From NCBI RefSeq assembly GCF_009914755.1, contig NC_060929.1: 64,000 nucleotides of DNA, one strand, 5' to 3'. The notes under the pieces were generated by a model that worked only from the letters and a program-made list of their open reading frames with translations, was not told the origin of the DNA and did not search any database. Shown here one piece after another: positions 1-12,170 of this stretch (its first letter is position 1; each line of letters opens with the position of its first letter). Made by a program: the position numbers and the translations under genes. This DNA comes from the human T2T-CHM13v2.0 reference genome, Homo sapiens.

Positions 1-394
1 ATGTAACAAATAGAATTGAAAAATCTAAGTCAGTGTATAGTAGCATTCTGAGAGTTTTCAAGGCAACCTTAATTTTTCAAAGCTTGTCCATTATTTATGT
101 TTTGAGAAAGTGGGAATTTCGTTAAAAATAATTCAGTTACATGGTATTTCTGAATTTATAGCAATTTGGTGGTGGTTATCAGCCTCTTGTTATGGGGTCT
201 ATTAGTATGCTAGATGTGGGCTTCCTCCAAGAATGTCTTGAATTATGTTTGTGTATCAACTGACTCCTGTCAATATTTTATACAACATTTAACCTATTCT
301 ACAGCCCTACAGTACCTAAAGAGGCATGCACAAGGCGCTCAAAGAAGATGTAGCAGTAGATAAGACATTCTTTTTTCTCCATAATAACAATAAA

Positions 395-605
395 ATATTT
401 TTGAGTACTTACTACATGCAAGGAACTGGCTGAACAATTCTCATTTAAACTTTTATTCAATCCTCCTAGCAGCCTCATAAGGTGAGGGTTATTTTAACCC
501 CATTTTCATACAGAAATCAGATACAAAGAGGTTAAGTTACCCAACTAGGAAGTATTGGAGCTCATATTCTAATCAAACTGTTATTTAATTCTATAGTCAG
601 TGCTT
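395..605 (-). mobile_element. MIR SINE
   Basis: Antisense MIR core: gagtacttactac...aatcctcctagcagcctcataaggt...ccccattttcatacagaaa...gaggttaagttaccc; approximate ends. Confidence 0.75.
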
Positions 606-644
606 TATCAACCCAGTTATTAGCCCCTCCATTTTTTCTCACAG

Positions 645-709
645 CCTAAATAGCTGCAGAAAGTGGACACAACCAATCTGTGGTCAGTCTTGAACTGGGT
701 CACTATACG
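645..709 (+). ncRNA. Candidate spliced exon (65 nt), probably non-coding
   Basis: Acceptor cccctccattttttctcacAG at 643-644 and donor ACG|gtaagt at 710; motif evidence only. Confidence 0.35.
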
Positions 710-2315
710 GTAAGTGAAGAAGTTTAATAACCGAGCTCCCAGGTCCCACTCTTATTGTGGGAGCCAGAGAACACACTCCTCTGTTCCTTCCTAAAAGCTT
801 CAAAGAGGAGATGTCCCCCATCTGTAAAGATACTAATTTACATTCTCAGCAACTCTACCCAAAATTAAGAAGCAGTACCCCAATGGGAAACTCTTCCCAA
901 CCCAATTCTTTCCAAGCCACACTCCCACTATGCTTCTTCCTATGACCTGATAAATCACTTGCTTTGGATCATTTTATCCTTTTAGAGATAATCTAGACAA
1001 TTTATTGTCATCATTCTTAGTATAATCACCAAGAACCTGGTAAAGATATCAAAATATTAGAATCTATAATTATATTAAAGCTATATCTTAAGAAGGGTAC
1101 ATATAATATTATATAAATTGCTAACATGTTAGCCAAACACAAAAACAAAAATAGATGTTTTGTTGTTTTACGTGTGTATGTTTGTGGCTGTGGAAGACAT
1201 TACCAAAGAGCAATCAAACAAATGGTTTATTTCCTATTTTGGAAAACCATATATCTGGTACAAATGAACCTGGATGGCTCTCACTTGACAGTGGTGCCAA
1301 AATGGAAAGCAAATACAAGAGAGCCTAGTTAAAAATTTTGAGCCAAGAGATTATATTCAATTTCTTTCTTTCATGGGGCATTTTAGCTTTTTATTACATA
1401 AAACTATGTGTTAATGTTTATAATGCAAAATAATTGCTTGGCACAATTCACAAATTACATTCACTATTTTCTATATCAAATAGAAATTTATTTTTAAATA
1501 AACTCAAATTGTACAAATTATAATTGGTTGTCTGAAATTGGCTGGTGGTCTCTCTGTCCCCCTGCACACAGCCCAGTGCCACTGATGCCCCATAAAAATA
1601 TCATCTGCCTCTTGTCTTACAGCTCAAGGGATTTTCTAGAGCTGCCTGCCACCATTATTTACTCTCACTCTGGTCTGGTTTCCATAGTTCCCAACTGTTG
1701 GAGCCTATGCAGAATCTGTCACTCTTTCCACTAATAGCCTGGTTGAGCTTTCTGTGGGCTTTGGTTTCCAGCTTTCACTGGCACACCTTCAGGTCTGCTT
1801 TGCTTCACACTCTGCCCCTAGCAGACAAGTCCCTCCTGCCCACAAGGTTCCCTGGTCTGCAGTCTCAAACCTGATTCACTGTTCCAGGGGATGGGAAGGA
1901 ATCTGACAGTGCTGCCCAATGCTAGTGCAATAAAAGTTGCAACTCCCCAACTCCCTTCAGACATTTTAAAGAAAATAACAGAAATAAGTAAGAATTCAAT
2001 TGAAGATTTGGAAATCTAAGTTTTCTATCAAAAATGTTTAAAAGAACATAAAATCTCTGACTCAAGATTTAAACTGTGAACTACAGCTGTGTGTAAGATT
2101 AGGTCATATGATTTATGTGTTTGAATTTTTTATAGAAAAAAATAAAATATCCATTTACATTTACTTGCCCTATCCACAAATTATTGTACACACTGACAGA
2201 AATGTATTATGCTAGGTTTTTTAATGGTGCTTTGCCTGAAGGTTTTTTTAATCACAAATTTTCTCAGGACCTCATGCACACAAAACTAACTACAGAATAA
2301 AAGCCACCTAAAGTA

Positions 2316-2562
2316 AAGTGGTCCAGTAGAACTATAATGTGAGCCACATAAATACTTGTCCAAGTATCCATATTTAAATTCTTTATTTTTAATAATATAT
2401 TTTATTTGACCCAATATATCCACAATACTGATATTCTTTTGTAAACCAAATTTTTGAACTCTTTTATGTTTTTTACACTCACAGTACATCTCAATTTGGA
2501 CTAGCCACGTTTCAAGTACTCAATAACCATATGTGAATTGGAGCTACCATACTGACAGCACG
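2316..2562 (+). mobile_element. MER33 (hAT-Charlie MITE)
   Basis: gtccagtagaactataatgtgagccacata ... catctcaatttggactagccacgtttcaagtactcaata ... ctaccatactgacagca matches the MER33 consensus as recalled. Confidence 0.8.
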
Positions 2563-3244
2563 ACCTTAGAGGAATGGATACTTGCTATCAATTTCCTTTA
2601 AAAAGAATTATTTCTGTAATGATAATATATTCTTTAAAATAATACATAAATTTCATGTTTATTAATATCCTCCCCAAATTAAAATGATTTTACTTCTCAA
2701 CAAAAAAGTCTCTTTTTTACATGCTCAGTTATCTAGTATCAATATGTAATCACAAGTTATAATTTTAAATTCCTATTGCTGCCAGACAAAAATTTAAGTT
2801 GCTCTCATTCTAGGCATCTATGCGGCTGGGTGTTCCACGTAAAATTGTCTCAGCCCTTGCTGTGGAAATATGGTCCTGGGATGAGATATGACAGGTTAAT
2901 GGAATAGTATGTTCAGTGAAAAGAACATACAACAACAAGGCATTAAAAATAGTGTATTTTCAATTCTATGTGCAATTTCAAGGCTGACAAAACATTTCCA
3001 TGAATTCTTGTTTCCTTAATTAACTTTTTATGCTTTCTTCTTTATCTCTAAGAAACTACAAATTTAATGAGAATCGATTTCATCACAAGGGTTTTCTAAG
3101 AAGAAAAACTAGTTTTTTAAAGGTCATTTTAGAAAAAGCTTTATATTTATAGGAAGAAATACTAACATATTTATTTTTTAAAAGCCAAAAACATAATACC
3201 AAAAATGCTTTGTGTAATTCATTTAACAACACCACCGTTACGTA

Positions 3245-3742
3245 ATCATTTATTCATTCATTGAAGCAGCATTGAATAGACATTATATACCATATGGTGT
3301 GCATGGAACAGAAATACAACAAAGAACACCCCAGCTCCTGCCTAGAAGTTTACGTTCTATTGAAAGAGAGAGAAATGTACACTCTCTGTATTTAGAAGTC
3401 TACAAGGGAAGTAGCCACAAAGCAGCTGGAGAAACATCAAGAGGACACCTATACTTGTTTACATGGGCAAGTCATCTCTGAAAGTAGTGATAGCTAAGAT
3501 GAGCCTTGAATGCTAAGTAGAAATTTCAAGGCCAAGGTAAGAGAAGAGAGAAAAAACAAGCAGTGTTGAAAGATTAAGTTCACATAAGGTAGTCTTGTTT
3601 ATGAATTTAAGAAAGTTTGTGTGGCAAGAAATGAAGCTAGGGAATCAAGCAAACAGAAGCCACATTTTGAAGGGTGTAGTAAAACCACTCCAAGGATGAA
3701 GAGCTACCAGAGACTTTTACGCTGAAAAGTGATTTACCATAT
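3245..3742 (-). mobile_element. L2 LINE 3' fragment (resumes ~4100-4310 after THE1)
   Basis: ttattcattcatt antisense tail followed by degenerate L2 3' sequence. Confidence 0.55.
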
Positions 3743-4097
3743 TGCATTAGTCTGTTTTCATGCTGCTGTTAAAGATATACCTGGGACTGGGAAGAAAAAG
3801 AGGTTTAATTGGACTTACAGTTCCACATGGCTGGGGAGGCCTCAGAATCATGACGGGAGGTGAAATGCACTTCTTACATGGCAGTGGCAAGAAAAAAATT
3901 GGGAAGAGGCAAAAGTGTAAACCCCAATAAAACTATCAGATCTCATGAGATTTATTCACTACCAAGAGAACAATATGAGGAAAAACCTCCTCACGATTCA
4001 AATTATCTCCCACTAGGTCCCTCCCACAACATGTGGGAATTATGGGAGTACAATTCAAGATGAGATTTGGGTGGGTACACAGAGCCAAACCATATCA
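3743..4097 (-). mobile_element. THE1C solo LTR (MaLR)
   Basis: tgcattagtctgttttcatgctgct...gaagaaaaagaggtttaattggacttacagttccacatggctggggaggcctcagaatcatg...ccaaaccatatca; perfect 5-bp TSD CATAT (3738-3742, 4098-4102). Confidence 0.93.
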
Positions 4098-4329
4098 CAT
4101 ATTATGCATTATAAAAGTCATTCTGTTCACTCTGCGGATTCCACATGGCTAGAGGAAAACTCATTGAGAAGATAGTACACTTTAATAATTGGTGAGTGAA
4201 TAGACATTTAGTGATTGGAAGTAGGTAAGGGAAGAATTTGATAATAATTCCCCAGGTGCTTGCTCTGGTAATGAAGGAGTAGTAATGCCATTTATAAAGG
4301 CAGAGGATCATAAGAATGCATGCAAAACC

Positions 4330-4470
4330 AAGCACTTACTCTGTGCCAGGCATTGTACTTGTTTTTTTATATCAAGCAATTGAATCTTCACAACAAACAT
4401 ACAAAGTTAAGTACTATGATTATCTCAACCATTGCAGAGAGACATGAAAAGCTATAACTAGCCCAATATT
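4330..4470 (-). mobile_element. MIR fragment
   Basis: aagcacttactctgtgccaggcattgtact...aatcttcacaacaa. Confidence 0.65.
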
Positions 4471-5699
4471 AAACAAACTAAGAGAAGGACACAAATCACC
4501 AACATATACAAGAGCTACACAATATCAGCATTTGCAGAAGAAAAAGGAGAGAGGAGCAATAAGGAGTCTGACTGGAAATAGCCAAGAGTTATTGACTAGA
4601 ATGAGCTTCAGCCAACTGTAGAATTGAATCTCAACCACCAGGGATTTTACCCACTCCATTACCTGGTGAATGCAAGAGAGTCACTATAAAAATGGAAGGA
4701 ACTGATGCAGTCTACTCACAGGAAACCTCAACAGAGTTTTCTTTCTGGGCAGGGACCAACATGGAGAAAAAGGAAAGCGCTGGGAATAAAACCAAAATTG
4801 CAGGGATTACCACACTAGCTGATGTAGCTCTTAATGTTTCTTAATGTTATATTGATATGAAGTGGCAGCTCCACTGACCTCACAAGTGATCAAGCATTAG
4901 TGAACCAAGATAATTTAGATTTGTGTGTCCAAAGGATATTTTGCGTGAAACTATTAGAAGCATTTTGAATACAATTGCAAGTTTGGTTCTATCAAACGTA
5001 TTTACTAACATTCCTATGAAAGTTCCTAGTCAAATATGGGAGACTAGAAGAACAAGAGCACTATATTGTTCCTCACCTTGTCTCTCTTCTCAAAAAAAAA
5101 AAAAAAATCTGAAAGTTCTCAAAGTGTAAGTCACTTATCTGTGTGTCAGAGTTCTGAGAATTCCTCATTAACAGCTGCATCAAAGAATTTCTGTCATTAG
5201 TCAGCTCTCAGAACTGGATGTATCTACACTGAAAGAAAATTGCTCATTTTCAAAGCCATTGGGGCTGCACATAGGAGAGCACACATATTTTAAATTGAAA
5301 TTATGTAAAATTTCCTCTGAATATTATAGTTTACTTCTATCTGCACCACATTAGGGCATGCATTCCTAATGTTAGGGATTCAAACGATGCTCAACAATAG
5401 TAATTATTTTTAATATCTATTCTAAATTACGTTTATCTGAATTGGCAAATAATGTTGATTTCTAAGTTTTTTTGAAAAGTTTTTGTCTAAATCATATATG
5501 TAATAATATCACCTGTAATAAAAATTAACACATGACTATTTACGGTCTTTACAAATATCATAAACAGACACAGAGAATGTCAATTGCTATCACTATTTTC
5601 ATATTCTGGAGAAGCCAGCACCTAGTCCTAGGACTAAGATTGAAAAATACAAATCTGAATTAAATTAAATATACTTTATCTTCCAAAATATATTTTCTT

Positions 5700-5930
5700 A
5701 AAGCAACACTGAAAATTTAGTTTTGTATTTTGAAAAAATGCAAAGAGAGTGGATGTTAAGTGTCCTCACAACAAAAATGACAACTATATGAGGTAATGCA
5801 TTTGGTAATTAGCTACATTTAACCAATCTACAGTATGTATTTACTATAAAACATCATGTTATATATAAATACACACAACATTATCTGCCAACTTTTTTAA
5901 AAAAGAAAATAAATGAGAAAAAATAAACGA
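5700..5930 (+). mobile_element. L1MA-type 3' end
   Basis: gagagtggatgttaagtgtcctcacaacaaaaatgacaactatatgaggtaatgca...aaaacatcatgtt followed by an A-rich tail. Confidence 0.8.
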
Positions 5931-6146
5931 AACCAAAGAAAAGCACTATATCTTTTCACTGCAAAATACAAATGAAAAAAAAAAAACAGCATTTTCAGTG
6001 GATTCAGGTGAAACCCAAAGTTCAACTCATTCAGGTTCTAAGATATGATTATAATAATCTGTGTTCTGGAATAAGCAGTTATTTGATTAAGCTGGCAAAA
6101 GCTCTTGAATTTTAAAGGAAGAAGTTGTCTTTCAGTTGAGTTGAGC

Positions 6147-7229
6147 ATGATGGTTAGTTTTACAGGTCACTTTGAGTAAACTAAGGGATGCCCAGATGGC
6201 CAGTAAAAGGTCTTCTGAGTATGTCAATGAGGATGTTTCAAAAGAGGTTAGCATTTGAATCACTACACTGAGTAAAGAAGATCTGCTCTCACCAATGTGA
6301 GCAGGCATCAGCCAGTCCTTGAGGGCCTGATTAGAACAAAAAGGCAGAAGAAGGGTAAGCTCTCTCTCTTGCTCTCTCTATTTCTCTTTCTCTTCTTGAG
6401 CTGGGACATCAATCTTACACTCTTAGGATTTGGAGCTCCTGAACCTTGTGCCTTTAGACTCAGACTGAATTATACTACCCGCCTTCCTTGTTTTTGAATC
6501 TCCAGCTTGCAGACAACATGTTGCGGGACTTTCTGATCTCCATAACCACATGAGCCAATTCTCATGATAAATCATCTGTAATATATCTATATATAACCTT
6601 TTAGTCCTGTTTCACTGATGTCAATCAAGAAAAAAAATGACAGGACAAGTCTCAATCATTTTCGGAGATTTATTTGCCAAAGTTAAGGACATATGCCTGG
6701 AAGGCAGGTCTATGCCTTTCTCCAAAGATGATTTTGGGGGCTCCAAATTTAAAGGGAAAAGGGTAGGATATTGAGAAGTACACAGTTTTCTTTTAAGAGG
6801 TATGCAGGGAAAAATAGTCATTCATACCTTTGTCTCGCTCAGTGAATCTGCATTTTTTTTACGTAAGATGACATAGACAAATGGGGCAGAGGAAAAATGC
6901 AGGGAATCTGTATTTTACGTAAGATGATATAGACAAAATGGGGCAGGGGAATAATCAGATACGCATTTGTGTCTGGTGGGCTGGGGGTGACTGGACCTGT
7001 AATGCTAAGCTATCAATTTGTATTGCCATGGTGAAATTTTAACAGCTCACTAAGAATTTACCTTGTGGGCAAAATATGGGGGAGGCGTGTAGCTTTTCAT
7101 CTCGTAGCCATCTTATTTAGGAACCAGATTTGCATGACCCAGTTGCCAGTTTGACCTTTCCCTTTGGCTAAATGAGTTTGGGGTCCCAAAATTTAATTTC
7201 CTTTCTCACTGGGAAGCCCTAATAATACA
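6147..7229 (+). mobile_element. MLT2B-like ERVL LTR, interrupted by a MER4 LTR
   Basis: tgatggttagtttt...agggatgcccaga...ttagcatttgaatc...gagtaaagaagatctgctctcaccaatgtg; last ~20 bp (ctgggaagccctaataataca) resume at 7209. Confidence 0.85.
6619..7208 (-). mobile_element. MER4-family ERV1 solo LTR
   Basis: Minus strand begins tgagaaaggaaattaaattttgggaccccaaactcatttagccaaagggaaaggtcaa and ends ttgattgaca; 4-bp TSD ctga/ctgg. Confidence 0.88.
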
Positions 7230-7659
7230 TTAAGTAAATAGAAATCAGAAAGTTTTATGTCTATAAATTTAGATTTTTTTGTCTATAAATTTAGATTGCT
7301 GAAAATAAATATTTTCCACTTTTTGGCTCCTTAGTACCAAAAGTTTATGGTCAGTTATAGTATTCAAACTTATGCTCTGTAAGAAGAAATGACTCCTCTT
7401 GGAAATAATATACTTTCAAAAATATACTGCTGTCATTATATTCCAATTTTATATCTAGCAATATTGCCATTTGATTGGAGTTCAGGTATAAATATCTGAA
7501 TGTGACAGAACATTTATTTCAGAAAGTGGGCATCAGAACCTAAAAACAAGAAGGAGTGACTGTTAGCTCAATTAGGAACGCAGAGATACAAAGACCAGGT
7601 AGGCAAATAGCTTTCATTTGCTATTGGAGGGGCACTATTTTAGGACAATAGACTGTTAT

Positions 7660-7745
7660 TCCTTTAAAAGCAGAGATGATGTGTTTTTATTTTTGTATCC
7701 TCAATATTTAGTGCTGTGCTTGGCACATAGTAGTACTAAATGTAA
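7660..7745 (+). mobile_element. L2 3' fragment
   Basis: tttgtatcctca...tagtgctgtgcttggcacatagtag. Confidence 0.55.
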
Positions 7746-7866
7746 GTGTACACTCACACTTAGGAATTAAAGTGCATATAATGTTATAACCATAAAAACC
7801 TTTTAACTTGTCTTCCTTATATCACATGTATTTACAACATAAAGTTTTTGGATAGCAGGACATGTC

Positions 7867-8182
7867 TTTTTTTTTTTTCTTGTTTGTTTGTTTGTTTGTT
7901 TGAGACAGAGTTTCGCTTGTTGCCTAGGCTGGAGTGAAATGGCGCCATCTCGGCTCACTGCAACCTCTGCCTCCTGGGTTCAAGCGATTCTCCTGCTTCA
8001 GACTCCTGAGTAGCTGGGATTACAGGCACTGGCCACCATGCCCAGCTAATTTTTGTATTTTTAGTAGAGACAGGGTTTCACTATGTTGGCCAGACTAGTC
8101 TCAAACTCCTGACCTCAGATGACCTGCTTGCCTCGGCCTCCCAAAGTGCTGTGATTACAGGCATGAACCACCGTGTCTGGCC
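7867..8182 (-). mobile_element. Alu (AluSq/Sp-like), full length
   Basis: Poly(T)/(TTTG)n tail, gagacagagtttcgc..., both arms and linker present, ends tctggcc. Confidence 0.97.
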
Positions 8183-9199
8183 TTATCTTGTAATTTTTAA
8201 GTAAAACAAAAATTACCGAGTAACAACTTCACTGACTTTAGAGTGTTTTTAATGCTTGGGGAAAAACTGTTTTATGGATTCTTCTGCCTTAACACTATAC
8301 CATACTAAGATTTATAGATAGCCTTCTAGTGTTTGTCTACGCACATATTTTATGTAGTTATGCTGAAATTTTATATTCATTTCTTTGCCCTGTATTTTTA
8401 ATTTAACATTTTAATATTGCAATGTTTTTATGTTGATGTATTGTCTGAATAATTATCATTTTTATGGCTTCATAACATTTCAGTAAGTAAATGACAAAAT
8501 GTATTTAACCATATTTCCTACCATTACTTTTTAGAGGAAATACACACTTATCTGATCTATTCTTTACAGAGCATAATTTCAGGTATTTAAAAACATGTTT
8601 TGATGCAGAAATTTTTCTTTAGCAGAGCACTTACGTCTGGCATCTACTAAAAAATGCAAAGCAATCAAACTTGAAGGCCAGTGTAAATTGGGTCAGATTA
8701 TTTTGTACCCACTCGGGAATGCCCCTTCATCTATTTTGATTTGAAATGTCAATTTCTCAGCTGAAGGCCTAGGAAATAGCTCCTCTTTGAATTGACTATG
8801 AAGAAACAGAAGATGATCCAGCTTAGTGTTCAGCTTCTTGCTACATATCTGGTTTATGCACATAGATAAATCCCAGGTCTGACATTGGCTTTAATTTTGA
8901 AAATACTATGGGACTCATTCAGGTCCTTGAATTTACCAAATCTAAACTTTGAAATTTCTTAACCTCCATTTCACTTCTCTAGAACACTTATACTGAAGAC
9001 TCATCTGTTATAGACATTTTTCAATTTATTTTTTATAAAGTCAAGCTTCCCTTTCCTAGCAATTCTCTTCATGAAATCCCTTGTCTCTGGAAGTAGGGCT
9101 ACCCTTAGAGAAAAAAAATAAAAGCCAGAGATCTATTTAGTAGTAAAGATTCCTTATTGCCTTTAAAACCTGAAAGCATTGATAAGGGAATAAAATTAT

Positions 9200-9420
9200 T
9201 ATAGCTAACACTGAGGGCTTACTGTTTGCCAAGGACAGTGCAAAACATGTTATATATACTTTAATCATCACAGAAATCTTATAGATAATATTATTAACTT
9301 CCATTTTATAGAGGAGAAAAAGGAGTTCTTAAGCTTTATAAATAAATTGCACAAGATCACATCATGTGAAAATGTTAATGTTGAGCAAGATTGATGCTTA
9401 ATTTCACTCAGCTGGGGAAT
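9200..9420 (-). mobile_element. MIR
   Basis: atagctaacactgagggcttactg...ccattttatagaggagaaa...aattgcacaagatcaca. Confidence 0.7.
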
Positions 9421-9711
9421 CAACAATGTAAACTGAAGAATTAAATACCAGCGTTGCACAGAGAAGATAAGAAAATGAAAGTTTTCTATTATATGGAAAT
9501 AAACTAAATAATATATTCCCCAGATATATTTCTGTGAAGTATGCCATGCTCCCTCTTATTTCCTATGCATTCATGCCGGGTGGGAAATTCTCTAAGAGCA
9601 TCTTTTATAGAGGAAGCTTCAGAATCTTCCTCAAAACAGTGGTCTAGGGGGCTCCCCCCAATCAACTGGAACAGGCTAAAGAGATTACTTCTGTTGCCTA
9701 TTACTCCTAAG

Positions 9712-9757
9712 AATGTTATAATTCAGAAGTGGTGCTGGGAATGCCTTACAGGTTTAA
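9712..9757. repeat. 46-bp dispersed direct repeat, copy 1
   Basis: 44/46 identical to 10613-10658. Confidence 0.9.
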
Positions 9758-9931
9758 CTGACTAATACAGAGTCACTGCCTAGACACTTCCAGAAAGGTT
9801 CTGTGGCCTGTGTACTAAATAATGACAGGGAATGATAGTATCATCTACTTCATATAACTGTAGGAAGGAATCAATGTGCAAAAGCAAAGTTCCAGATAAC
9901 TTAGGCTTGATAAATATCCCTTGCCCCCCAC

Positions 9932-9934
9932 CAC

Positions 9935-9969
<35 letters not shown>

Positions 9970-9973
9970 CACA
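9932..9973. repeat. (CA)n microsatellite
   Basis: ~21 CA units with one interruption. Confidence 0.97.
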
Positions 9974-10109
9974 CTATGATCCAGGTACTTTTCTACACCC
10001 TATTCATCAATGAACATAACAGAAGAAAATCCACTCCCCCACCACCACCTTTCACAAAGTTTAAGACAAATAAGGAATATTCTTCATATTTATTCAGTAA
10101 TTTACTCTT

Positions 10110-10330
10110 GCATGCATTCATATATTTATTCATTTATTTCAATTTGATTATCCACTATTTGCCTAGTAATGCTTTTTGTTTGAAAAATATAAATAATGCA
10201 ATCTCTGCCTTCAAAGAACACTGTTAATCAGGTTCTGATTAACAACTGACTATAATAAAATGTATTAGACATTATTATATAGGGAAATGTAAACAACTAT
10301 GGAAATATAAGCAGCAGTGAATCTTCTTAA
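10110..10330 (-). mobile_element. L2 fragment
   Basis: cattcatatatttattcattt...atctctgccttcaaagaac. Confidence 0.5.
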
Positions 10331-10612
10331 AGACATGAAACTTGATTTAAAATATAAATATATAATGTATTAATACTTGTTTTTAAAAAAAATCTCAATG
10401 GATCCAAGCATCAATTTTAAAGGCCAACATCTTTTTTCTTTTTTAACAAAAATTTCATTTCACTTAATTATATGTGCTTGCTTTTGAAAAAGGAAAATAT
10501 GCTGTTGAGTCCACATTGTAGTTAAAAATATATACAATATATAATAAGCATGGGTGGTAACTGACTCAGTGCAATGCAACTATCACTTGTCCAATTCTAC
10601 ATTCTCTGAAGA

Positions 10613-10658
10613 AATGTTATAATTCAGCAGTGGTGCTGGGAATGCCTCACAGGTTTAA
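10613..10658. repeat. 46-bp dispersed direct repeat, copy 2
   Basis: 44/46 identical to 9712-9757. Confidence 0.9.
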
Positions 10659-11165
10659 TTTAATTACTACAGTTCTGACCTTTTCGTAGTAGTAACATAT
10701 AATCTTTTGTCCCTATGGGCTGGCCTGTTCATTATGTTTTCTGCCCAAAGCTTACCGCACATTGATTTCCAATTACTAGTTTATAAAACTGCCAAGTCAT
10801 CTCTGTCAAATTACTGTTTTCACCAAAGCAGCTTAAAAATTATGCAAGTCAAGTGAAGTAACTGAAGCATTAATTAAAATTTACAGATTGTTAAGACAGA
10901 CCCAAGAGACATGAAAGCACTATTCAGGACAAGCCATGTCTCTAAAATCATCTGCCACTGTAATTAACTGCCATGTCCTGGTCATATTGCCAAGACTAGA
11001 AATTTCAGATTTTTATAATGAATAAACAATTATCTATGAAGTTTAAGCTACTAATATACATAAGATTATTCCATAAAGAGTACAAGTCTGAACAAATAAC
11101 CTGAGAACCTTTAAGGCCTTATGTAAGAATTCAGACATTTATATATTAATATAGGTAATACCATG

Positions 11166-12008
11166 TATATTAGTTAGGACTGGCATCACCTGAGAGTAAG
11201 GATGATCTAAATTAACATTGGTTAAACCAAACAGGAATTTTGTTTCTTAATAGGCCTGAGGTAGAGGGCAACTCCAGTTCACTTAGTCTTAAGGAACCAA
11301 AATCTTTTCCAGCTGTTTGCTTCACCATCTGTATTTCTCATCCTCATGGTTCAAAGGGGAAGTTACAACCAGGGGATCAAAACAGGAAGCAGGAAAAAAA
11401 AAAAAAACAGGGGTTTAAAAGATTGAGCAAAAGTGGGCCATTATATGTTAAAAACCCCAGAAGCTGCCACATACAGTCACTCCGGCAGATTTAGTCACAT
11501 GGTCACTCCTGTCTGCAGCGAAGGCAGAAAAATGTTTTTATTCTGGCAGCCAACAGCTTTGCTGAAACATGGGCATCCTATGACTGGGGGGTGAAGGGAG
11601 AATTGACATTAGAACAGCAGTCCCCAATCCCTGAGCAATGGACTGGTAGCGTTCCATGGCCTATGAAGAATTGGGCTGCACAGCAGGAGGTAAGCAGCTG
11701 GTAAGCAAGATTACCACCCTAGTTCCGCCTCCTGTCAGATAGCAGTAGCATTCGATTCTCACGGGAGCACAAACCCTATTGTGAACTGTGAGGATGGGCA
11801 CTCCTTATGAGAATCTAACTAATGCCTGATGATCTGAGGTGGAACAGTTCCATCCTGAAACCATTCCCCTTTTACCCCTGCCACCCCCATCCCTCTCCCC
11901 GATTCCGTGGAAAATTTGTCTTCCACAAAACTGGTCCCTGGTGCCAAAAAAGGTTGGGGACCGCTGTGTTAGGTCTCCTACTAGTCTCTCTCCTACTAGT
12001 CTACCACA
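11166..12008 (-). mobile_element. Old MLT1 (J/K/L-like) LTR interrupted by MER1B
   Basis: tattagttagga...tagtcacatggtcactcctgtctgcagcgaaggcagaaaaatg; terminal ctaccaca lies after the MER1B. Confidence 0.65.
11615..11966 (+). mobile_element. MER1B (hAT-Charlie)
   Basis: TIRs cagcagtccccaa / ttggggaccgctg; internal ccttatgagaatcta...tgcctgatgatctgaggtggaacagt. Confidence 0.92.
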
Positions 12009-12170
12009 CCATTTGATTACTGAGTGATTTAAAATATCTTGGTAGTTTAACAATAAACTGAAGATGTATTATTTGTAGACAACAAACTAAGAAAACAGTA
12101 GTACAAAATGGCCGAATTAAGAAATAACAAAGAATTAAAATCAACCTTTCTAACAATTTGAAGATTGTTA

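Noticed and set aside
5149-5215. 10-bp inverted repeat enclosing ~45 nt (pre-miRNA-like?)
   Set aside because: The interior does not pair, so there is no extended hairpin
5623-5636. 14-bp perfect palindrome tagtcctaggacta
   Set aside because: A few of this length are expected by chance in 64 kb
6844-6955. ~58-bp tandem repeat
   Set aside because: Internal to the MER4 LTR and probably a family feature
7253-7297. 22-bp tandem duplication resembling a TSD around a T-tract
   Set aside because: Explained by simple slippage duplication (21/22 identical); no canonical L1 endonuclease site
9832-10227. 131-aa ORF with HT repeat and poly-Pro
   Set aside because: Produced by the (CA)n microsatellite and an L2 relic; no coding features
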